Assembly (NCBI GenBank): GCA_902530535.1
Contig: CACAAP010000004.1
Span: 1-61,993, forward strand
Reading direction: 5' to 3'
Length of the DNA stretch: 61,993 nucleotides
Source of the DNA: an uncultured Candidatus Poseidoniales archaeon
GTDB lineage: Archaea; Thermoplasmatota; Poseidoniia; Poseidoniales; Thalassarchaeaceae
Both the position numbers and the translations under genes were made by a program. The notes beneath the pieces were generated by a model. That model did no database searches and was not told where the DNA came from. It saw only the letters and a program-made list of their open reading frames with translations. The stretch's first letter is position 1; every line of letters starts with the position of its first letter. This document shows, one piece after another, positions 55,366 to 61,993 of the stretch.

Positions 55366-56457
55366 CTATGGGGAGCAAACGAATTTTCCGATTCGCTCAA
55401 CCCCGTGATATTTGGAGAAGTAATCATCCAGATATGACTCCGCGTTTACATCTGAAAACAGTTCAGGGTGCATTATTTTCGCAAGCGTTGGTAGCCCGTG
55501 AATCATCATTGGGCCTGCGAACTCTCCAGACATTATGGCCATCCTATTGTCAAGGACCGCTTCAACATTGTCGAAGCCGGTTCTTTCGATGATGTAGTCG
55601 AAGTGCGTTTGACATCTGCTTTCGTTATCATATGAGTTAAATCCAATGTCGAATACTATGCCGTCGAACATTAAAACGTCGGGATTGGCGTTCAAAATAG
55701 CCTCCATGTCGACGTGAGTGGTGTGTCCTGGCAAATCGGCGAACACATTTTCCCCGCCTGCCATAGAGACTAAATCGGTCCATTGCGATGTCCCAGTTAA
55801 CACAACTGGATCGCGTACCAGCGATGCATGGTGCTCGATCACTACAGAGGGCCTATCTGAGCTTTCCAACAATGACACACGATCGGAGACGATTCCCTCG
55901 ATAGCATCAAACTCATTGAATAAATCTGCTGCCTCGCTTTGCTTACCGAATATCTCTGCTAGAACTCCTATCTCCCTCCTTAGTGTGTCATACTTGTAAA
56001 AGTCAAGTGCCAGAACACTTACCCCGACTGGTTCTAATTTCTCTCGGATTGCGTTTGTATCCACCATACCGTTTGTCGCAAAGACGATGTAAATCTCCGG
56101 CCTTGTGTCCAAAAGTGATTCAAAGTCTATTTCCGAATGGGCAGACTGTTGGACCTTGTCCTTCTTGGAGAGTTCGGGCCACAACTGCTCGTCACTGAAG
56201 TCTCCTGAAACCCCAACGATAACTGAGTTGTCAATGTCGAGCATCCTCATTACGCTTGCGGCGTAGGTATTGGTTAGAACCACCCTCTCTGGGGCACTAG
56301 AAAATTTATGCGTCCTGTCATTCGAATCTACCACGACAAGGTTGCCACTCTTCGATGACTCTTCGATCCTTTCAGAGACCTGCCATGCGGCCGTCACAGT
56401 GACGAGAATAACTGCGACTTGGAATAGAGCTAAGTTTTTCCTTCCAATCACTAACAT
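55366..56457 (-). CDS. periplasmic-binding-protein type 2 substrate-binding protein (iron-siderophore/haem/cobalamin class)
   Basis: N-terminal anchor. PERVVLTNTYAASVMRML and RPEIYIVFA motifs. Operon position upstream of the FecCD permease. Confidence 0.75.
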   Translation of the reverse strand: MLVIGRKNLALFQVAVILVTVTAAWQVSERIEESSKSGNLVVVDSNDRTHKFSSAPERVVLTNTYAASVMRMLDIDNSVIVGVSGDFSDEQLWPELSKKDKVQQSAHSEIDFESLLDTRPEIYIVFATNGMVDTNAIREKLEPVGVSVLALDFYKYDTLRREIGVLAEIFGKQSEAADLFNEFDAIEGIVSDRVSLLESSDRPSVVIEHHASLVRDPVVLTGTSQWTDLVSMAGGENVFADLPGHTTHVDMEAILNANPDVLMFDGIVFDIGFNSYDNESRCQTHFDYIIERTGFDNVEAVLDNRMAIMSGEFAGPMMIHGLPTLAKIMHPELFSDVNAESYLDDYFSKYHGVERIGKFVCSP

Positions 56458-58766
56458 GCCCTCCTTCTGGCGAACATAGGGGCTGAGAAGAAAATCATCA
56501 GCGTCGCAATCGAGGACTGGAATGGTAGGTTGTCGGGCCCCTCTGTTTCCTCGGGCGTCGTGATGAAAATTGAGTCCGAGTACTCAGAGGCGACTCCATC
56601 ACTGAGTGTTGCCATAACGCGTATACGGTTAATTCCCGGTTCCAAGAATTCTACAGTGATGCTGTTCTCGGTACCCTCGTACGCAATTGAGGAAGTTCCA
56701 TCACCGTACAAGACGAGAACCGTATATTGGGCCTCTCCCTCAACCGTGGACCAGGAAACTTCTGACGAGGTGCCTTCGACAGAGTGAGAACCCGTCAAGA
56801 AGATCGGTGGCTCGAGCACGAAAGAGACTCTGACGCCTATCATTTCCCCATCTATCGTTGTTCCAGTATTCATGATTGCCCTGAGCCCATATGTATACTC
56901 TCCATCTGCTTTATCGTTAATACTGAAGTTTGTATCTTGGCCGGCGTAAATCAGTTTCCCGTTTTCCGTTAGCTCATATGAATCGGCGCCCTGAAAGTTG
57001 GCCCACTCGATTGCGAAATCGTCATCGGTGAATTTTGAGCCATCCTCTGTGATGAATTGTGGCGTTACTGGGACTTCGAATGAAGTCAGCTCCCAAGATA
57101 CGACATCGGAGTGGGAGCCGGGAATTCTATCAATAACCTTGACCCAGTTCCTCACTGTCTCGTTATACCACATCTCCCATGATACGACCCCATCGTTATC
57201 ATCGGTGATTCTCAGGTATGTTGTTTTGAAAATCCCCGCTATGGTTTCGATTTCGTAATTCTGCGTTATTTGCACTTTGTTGGTCGTATTGTCGTAGCCG
57301 TTAGGATGACCAGGAACACCGATAATATTGGTTCTATTGAAATGTAGATTTATTTCCTCTTCCCCACGGTATTCAAGGGGATTAACGCTATTCCCAGAAG
57401 AATCGGTAAATTCCCATCCCAGGAATCCCTCTTGATAATACGAGGAGACAGACGGAGAGTCAACCCAGTAAGTGTGTGTTGTCATTAGGTTGTTTTTATC
57501 CACCCAGCGGAAAGCCTTCTCGCCTTCTTCGTAGTCCTTGTCAGAGATTCTCAGTAAATAGGTCTCAACCAGATTACCATGTGCATCATGAATTGATTCG
57601 GATCCTATGGTGGTGTAGGTTTTGTTCTGCTGGTAATATGGTGTGTGTAAAATTGTGTAATTCCAGCTCATTCCTGTTGACCATAGATCCGAATCGGATT
57701 GTATTGGAAGAATCACCACTCTAAGTTCTTGGGAGTTACTCTTTGATCCGTTAGAATTCGATGCCTCCACAGAGAAATAGTAGTTTCCAGGTTCTTGAGG
57801 ATCAAAAACATAGGATTCTTGCTCACCCCTGTATACCAAATCGCCGTCCAAATATAGTGAATAATAATCAGTATAATTGCCTCCTGACCAGTGAATGTCG
57901 ACTTTCTCTAATGATGAGGTGATAATTTGTGTCGAGAAATTAGCGAATTCCGGCATGTTCTTCTCAGCAGTTGCGGTTAGATTGGTCCAGCCATGATTAC
58001 CAGTTATCTCCACCGGGATAGACTGCATAAGTTCGTTACCCCAAAACGTTGCTGTGACATTTTGAGTTGTGCCGACCTTGAGATTTTGGAGCAGGTAAAA
58101 TCCATCTGAGTTAGTCAGAGAAGATCTATCTCCCGCACTCACTGTAACTCCGGGCACTGGATTTCCATCTAAATCAGATAAGAAGCCATAGATACTGTTG
58201 TGCCCATGACTGAGTTGGAAATGGTTTGGGCTAGGATTTGAAGATGAGCCTGCTTCCATCCTGAAGTGAATATATTGGGTGGAGCCATTATGGTCGTCAT
58301 ATGTTGCCAGCAGAGTGAAATATCCGCCTATATCGTAAGGACCGAACTCACCGATGTTGGAATATTCTTGGAGAGTTTCAGAAGTTTGTATCAATTCTAC
58401 TGAGACCGAGTCGTGATCCTCGTTTTCTTCTTGCTCGAATGTAATCCAGTTTTTATCAATGTGCCAATCAATCTCTAAGTCGGATTGAATTGAAATTTTC
58501 CGGTACACCACCGTATGACCGTCGTTCATGAAGTAAGCTCTTACAGTATGTTCCCCTGGAGGAATACCATCGAATGAGTATAATCCATCTGTTGACCAAA
58601 TTGAATTCATTGACCCGACCTTTATCGAGGTAGCTCCAGCTAAGTCGCCCTCAGAATTGTATACATTCCCGGATATACCAAACAGATCCTGTTCAGAATC
58701 CTGTGCCAATGACGCCCCTGATAACAAAGGCAGTAAAATCAGTAGTACAACTGTAAGTTCTCTCAT
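56451..58766 (-). CDS. large secreted surface protein with CarboxypepD_reg-like and fibronectin-III-like domains
   Basis: Signal peptide after MRELTVVLLILLPLLSGASLAQ. ISGNVYNSEGDLAG...DGLYSFDGIPPGEHTV and IYGFLSDLDGNPVPGVTVSAG...DGFYLLQNL modules. A C-terminal hydrophobic anchor ending in RRRAC. Confidence 0.6.
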   Translation of the reverse strand: MRELTVVLLILLPLLSGASLAQDSEQDLFGISGNVYNSEGDLAGATSIKVGSMNSIWSTDGLYSFDGIPPGEHTVRAYFMNDGHTVVYRKISIQSDLEIDWHIDKNWITFEQEENEDHDSVSVELIQTSETLQEYSNIGEFGPYDIGGYFTLLATYDDHNGSTQYIHFRMEAGSSSNPSPNHFQLSHGHNSIYGFLSDLDGNPVPGVTVSAGDRSSLTNSDGFYLLQNLKVGTTQNVTATFWGNELMQSIPVEITGNHGWTNLTATAEKNMPEFANFSTQIITSSLEKVDIHWSGGNYTDYYSLYLDGDLVYRGEQESYVFDPQEPGNYYFSVEASNSNGSKSNSQELRVVILPIQSDSDLWSTGMSWNYTILHTPYYQQNKTYTTIGSESIHDAHGNLVETYLLRISDKDYEEGEKAFRWVDKNNLMTTHTYWVDSPSVSSYYQEGFLGWEFTDSSGNSVNPLEYRGEEEINLHFNRTNIIGVPGHPNGYDNTTNKVQITQNYEIETIAGIFKTTYLRITDDNDGVVSWEMWYNETVRNWVKVIDRIPGSHSDVVSWELTSFEVPVTPQFITEDGSKFTDDDFAIEWANFQGADSYELTENGKLIYAGQDTNFSINDKADGEYTYGLRAIMNTGTTIDGEMIGVRVSFVLEPPIFLTGSHSVEGTSSEVSWSTVEGEAQYTVLVLYGDGTSSIAYEGTENSITVEFLEPGINRIRVMATLSDGVASEYSDSIFITTPEETEGPDNLPFQSSIATLMIFFSAPMFARRRAC

Positions 58767-58857
58767 TTCCTTGTAACCCCCAAACAAAATTTAGTATTAA
58801 ATCAACTGACTTTTTGACACGATTTTGTTGGGAAGACGTGTCCATGACTGGCAAGGA

Positions 58858-59313
58858 TTACGATATTTCTTTCATCAGTCCCAGGGTGGCCTCCAACCAC
58901 TCCTCGGCGTAGTCATCATAATCTGTGTCACAATCTATTCTCTCATTGACTCTTTTTCCTCCCTTCTCCTCCAGAATTGTGTCCCACTCTTTGCCAGATT
59001 CGCAGAAGAATTCGAAGGCAGTATCTCCAAGGGCGAGGACAGCGAAATTGACGCCGTCCATGCTTCCATCTTCTGTCTCTGTGACATTATCGTAGAGATC
59101 CTGGGCGTTAACTGGCTGTTCCCCTTCCCCCCAAGTACTGCAAACTACAATCAGTCTTTTGGATGTTGAAATGTCATCTGGTTCTATGTCTTCCATGTCC
59201 ATTACGGTTGCTTCTAAATCGAAGCCTTTCGCCATGTTAGCGGCATCTTCAGCCAATTCCTCAGCATTGCCGGTTTCCGTACCAAAAATCAGTAGTAGGC
59301 TATTGTCGCTCAT
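58858..59313 (-). CDS. flavodoxin
   Basis: LLIFGTETGNAEELAEDAA FMN phosphate loop and VVCSTWGEGEQP motif. 151 aa and acidic. Confidence 0.8.
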   Translation of the reverse strand: MSDNSLLLIFGTETGNAEELAEDAANMAKGFDLEATVMDMEDIEPDDISTSKRLIVVCSTWGEGEQPVNAQDLYDNVTETEDGSMDGVNFAVLALGDTAFEFFCESGKEWDTILEEKGGKRVNERIDCDTDYDDYAEEWLEATLGLMKEIS

Positions 59314-59386
59314 TTGTTCATGCTCCTTATTGATGATGTTAAATCATTGTTTGTTTGGAGCAGAGTGTTGTTGACGGGGGGACCGG

Positions 59387-59415
59387 TACGGTACCGAAAA
59401 TGATGCTGGGGGTGA
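59387..59415 (-). terminator. candidate terminator: GC hairpin followed by a T4 run on the minus strand
   Basis: Minus-strand GGGGG-CGCATCA-CCCCC, with TTTT 8 nt downstream. Lies 24 nt after the stop of the lipoprotein gene. Confidence 0.3.
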
Positions 59416-59438
59416 TGCGCCCCCCGCCAACGTTACTC

Positions 59439-60704
59439 TTACTGTAGAGTTCCTATGTCATCTGCGGTTATTCCGAATGCATCCCAAACAGGTTGCAGGT
59501 ACATTCGAACATGCGCCTCGTAGTCTGCATCTGTGTCGCCGTCATTCTTCAGGTCGAAGATTTCGACGATCTTGGATGAGCCGTAGTCAGCGTAGTATCC
59601 GGGCATGCCACTTCCAGGGAATACTGAGGCGAATCCTTCGCAGATTGTCTCATTTACGCCTTCTGGAGCGTACACTATGTGTACTGCGGTGTTGTAGCAA
59701 ACATCAGAGCCTTGGTATTGTGTCCACATAAACGCATCACAAGTGCTGGCCTCGCTAGCACCGATGTATGCCATACCATGGGTCTTGTTGTTGTAGCAAG
59801 AGTCTGTGTGGTCAGCTACATATGCCTCGATTACCCTGAAGAATGCGTGTCCCTCAGCCTGGTGCTTATCATAGTCGCCGTTTGCCTCATCCAGATCTAC
59901 GGTCATCTTCGAGGCGTACCTCACAGATGCCTGCGAGTAGACGATTACGACGTTCTTCAGAACCTCATCGCGAGCATCCACCACTCCCTGCATATCCTCA
60001 GCCACCAGTGCTGCTAGACCAGCGTTCATCGCTGCCAGGGTAGCATCGTTGGTTGCATCTCCAGTTCCGAAGTTGCCGCCCCTCTTCGCAGCTGTTGCGA
60101 ATGGGCCACATCCGTCGTAGTCGTGGCCTGAATCATCTGGGCCATGGTAGAATGCCCATCCCTCGTCCCAAGCGTGCTGAGCATCATCTGGGCCCCAATT
60201 GCCTGCCTCTGCCTTGATGATTGCTGCGTTGAGCTCGTGGATGGCGTACGCGGTCATGACGCCGTTCTGGATACCCTTCTCCACTGCTTGATCTCTAACA
60301 GTGTCGGATTCACCGGCAAATACACCGGTTCCGCTTATTGCAGCGCTAACGAAATCGTTCCATGAACCGTCCGCTCCGTAATAGTCGTCGTAGGCATGAT
60401 TCTTTCCGGAAGCATCGGCAAAGCCCTGCAGCGTCCTGAATGATCCATCGGACTTCTCAGCGTATTTTCCGTTCTCGTAAATATCCGAGACCTCATCCCA
60501 ATCATGTGCTCCAGATAGGTCTTTGATGTCGCAAACGTCTCCCATCAACATTCGATGGTTATCAACGTTTGAGGCGTAGTCGTAGCCTCCATCCTCGTCA
60601 TCTAGGTCAACATCAACGTCGTTTCCCGCGCAACCCGCTAGGGCTGAGGCAATCATCAGTGTAGTCATCATTAAACTGGTTAGTCTACCATTCATTTTGG
60701 TCAA
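59439..60704 (-). CDS. acidic secreted lipoprotein of unknown function, candidate metal/iron-binding protein
   Basis: Lipobox ALAGCAG. Very acidic N-terminal linker. HAWDEGWAFYHGP block. Cys pairs in the C-terminal part. Heads the same-strand iron-themed array. Confidence 0.6.
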   Translation of the reverse strand: MTKMNGRLTSLMMTTLMIASALAGCAGNDVDVDLDDEDGGYDYASNVDNHRMLMGDVCDIKDLSGAHDWDEVSDIYENGKYAEKSDGSFRTLQGFADASGKNHAYDDYYGADGSWNDFVSAAISGTGVFAGESDTVRDQAVEKGIQNGVMTAYAIHELNAAIIKAEAGNWGPDDAQHAWDEGWAFYHGPDDSGHDYDGCGPFATAAKRGGNFGTGDATNDATLAAMNAGLAALVAEDMQGVVDARDEVLKNVVIVYSQASVRYASKMTVDLDEANGDYDKHQAEGHAFFRVIEAYVADHTDSCYNNKTHGMAYIGASEASTCDAFMWTQYQGSDVCYNTAVHIVYAPEGVNETICEGFASVFPGSGMPGYYADYGSSKIVEIFDLKNDGDTDADYEAHVRMYLQPVWDAFGITADDIGTLQ

Positions 60705-60740
60705 CTCTTACATGACCGCAATAGGTATGTCTTATAATTT

Positions 60741-60754
60741 TTAGGCAACCCTAA
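60741..60754. promoter_or_regulatory. TTAGG-CAAC-CCTAA palindrome abutting TATA-like elements upstream of the lipoprotein gene
   Basis: Read directly. The half-sites equal the outer half-sites of the DtxR/IdeR iron-box consensus, but the spacing differs. Confidence 0.25.
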
Positions 60755-60920
60755 ACCTCTATAATTGGAGGAAGGTTTCCCTGAGTCCAATATACTGACA
60801 AATTGAATTTACTTGAGAAAATAATATGAGACACTAAGCAGCGGCGATTTCCTGGCATTTTTACAATAGATGCATATATTTTGGGACAGTTTTGAATTAT
60901 CTAACCCCTTGGAGGAACCA

Positions 60921-61142
60921 ATGGCGCTTATCGACTTGACTGATTTTGAGGCGAGGCTTCTGAAATGGATTTCCGCATCAGACTTCGTCGAAGTTGCTTG
61001 GTCGACTAAGAGAGCAGCGGAAGCGTTCAACGTTAAGGAGAAGGAAGTCTACGAGGCATTAGCGTCCCTTACTGTCAAAGCCAAGGACTACATCCAGATT
61101 TTTTACGATGGCGGATCGATTAGAATTGTCGCGGATTACTAG
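60921..61142 (+). CDS. small hypothetical protein (73 aa), possibly winged-helix-like
   Basis: ATG preceded by GGAGGA. Overlaps the 3' end of the convergent phnE ORF by 23 nt, which lowers confidence. Confidence 0.35.
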   Translation: MALIDLTDFEARLLKWISASDFVEVAWSTKRAAEAFNVKEKEVYEALASLTVKAKDYIQIFYDGGSIRIVADY

Positions 61143-61989
61143 ACCTTGGAGGATCTGTAGTTTCCTTGGGAGGCAAGATCACGCCCGACCAAGAAGGCTT
61201 TGTCTTCTCAGAGTCATCAACGAAGAAGGAGCGCAGGTAAATGGAAACCATATCGATAATTAGGACCACCAAGAAAATAATCACCAGGTAAGCTGCAACT
61301 CTCTCATATTCTAGGAATTTAAGATAGAGATTGATGTAATATCCAATTCCTCCTGCTCCCACTATACCAATCACAGTACCCGATCTAACATTGTATTCGA
61401 ACATAAAAATCATCTGAGCGATCAGATGGTTGGCTGTTTCGGGAATCACGACCCATAACGAAATCTCTGCTTTGGTAAGGCCCATCGCGTTGGCAGCCTC
61501 CAGAGGAGCGCTGTTCATACCCTCAATTGATTCATACTGCATCTTACCCAGATACCCCACTGTATAGATTGACATCGCCAAAACTCCCGCTGTAGGGCCT
61601 AATCCGACGATGATAACGAAGACAATGGCCCAAATTAAACTGGGCAGGCTTCGACAGGCCGAAACAACGGCCCTAGAAGGATAAGTAATGTAATTGGGGA
61701 AAAGATTTCGAGAGCTAAGCAGGCCCAAAGGGAGAGAGAGTAACATTCCAAAGAATGTTGCAAGTATCGCGATTTTTATTGTTTCAATCATCCCAATCCA
61801 CGCTGTTGAGCATGTGAATTGAATGAAATTGTTAACCTCACAGGGAGGATAGGACTGGGGCTCTACTACCTTCCATCCATTCCAATCCCAAACTAGACCT
61901 GAAGTAAGTTGAACAATCGCCCAGAAACCGATGATTACTACTGTAACCGAAATTAGTAGCTCTTTGAATTCACGATCCATGCCAGCCAT
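61120..61989 (-). CDS. phnE: phosphonate-type ABC transporter permease
   Basis: EAA-loop region LEAANAMGLTKAEISLWVVIPE and YNVRSGTVIGIVGAGGIGYYI, typical of PhnE. Confidence 0.8.
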   Translation of the reverse strand: MAGMDREFKELLISVTVVIIGFWAIVQLTSGLVWDWNGWKVVEPQSYPPCEVNNFIQFTCSTAWIGMIETIKIAILATFFGMLLSLPLGLLSSRNLFPNYITYPSRAVVSACRSLPSLIWAIVFVIIVGLGPTAGVLAMSIYTVGYLGKMQYESIEGMNSAPLEAANAMGLTKAEISLWVVIPETANHLIAQMIFMFEYNVRSGTVIGIVGAGGIGYYINLYLKFLEYERVAAYLVIIFLVVLIIDMVSIYLRSFFVDDSEKTKPSWSGVILPPKETTDPPRSSNPRQF

Positions 61990-61993
61990 GATC

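Noticed and set aside
59477-60365. Plus-strand ORFs antisense to the acidic lipoprotein gene
   Set aside because: They are nested in a longer ORF that has a signal peptide and lipobox. Their translations are Arg/Ser/Leu-rich, typical of the antisense of acidic coding sequence.
60870-60920. Upstream start (60870) for the small plus-strand ORF
   Set aside because: The ATG at 60921 is preceded by GGAGGA at proper spacing, and the upstream extension has no support. Even the short version is low confidence because it overlaps phnE convergently.

Overview
All calls below come from reading the sequence and the ORF track by eye. No searches, HMMs or folding programs were run, so every family assignment is motif-level recognition.

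ORIGIN. This 62-kb, gene-dense window is archaeal, most likely from an uncultured marine planktonic euryarchaeon of the Marine Group II (Poseidoniales) type.
- Archaeal-specific genes: ADH synthase, 3-dehydroquinate synthase II and a GHMP-type shikimate kinase; RibL FAD synthetase; an HTH_10 regulator.
- Bacterial-type genes beside them: gpsA, hemH and a trimeric-type riboflavin synthase.
- Several very large secreted proteases or adhesins are also present.

GENE CONTENT, LEFT TO RIGHT.
- Glutaredoxin, then a 1308-aa subtilase fused to an AmpG-like MFS permease.
- A ribB-ribL-ribE-ribH riboflavin/FAD operon, a GYD protein and trxB, and a MoeB-rhodanese E1-like enzyme.
- An AT-rich spacer carrying a TGTGGTA repeat array.
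- A zinc-ribbon/E1-alpha/E1-beta 2-oxoacid dehydrogenase fusion and a CaCA antiporter.
- A molybdo-flavoenzyme cluster: mocA-like, a permease, xdhC, an HTH_10 regulator and coxS/L/M-like subunits. The FAD subunit has a Cys-rich insertion resembling that of 4-hydroxybenzoyl-CoA reductase.
- A MoxR-DUF58 module, then the archaeal shikimate operon with aroC, then xth.
- A MacB-like ABC exporter.
- A 2215-aa surface protein combining subtilase, two seven-blade RCC1 propellers, Cys/Tyr-rich modules and thrombospondin-type-3-like calcium repeats.
- Two tandem tRNA-Leu genes, gpsA, and a low-GC patch with DUF454 and hemH.
- A CocE/NonD peptidase.
- A same-strand iron/haem-themed array: lipoprotein, flavodoxin, surface protein, FecCD-type ABC importer and a HugZ-like protein.
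- phnE at the right edge.

MOST UNUSUAL LOCUS (48.4-50.2 kb). A mirror-symmetric unit has ~140-nt inverted arms rich in TCAGAGGG cores. The arms bracket two divergent orphan ORFs. By motif order, these look like miniaturised, zinc-less and catalytically empty copies of the RNA polymerase clamp pieces: the subunit A'/Rpb1 N-terminus with its clamp coiled-coil, and the subunit B/Rpb2 C-terminus.

NOT SEEN. I found no rRNA, no CRISPR array and no recognisable transposase or integrase.
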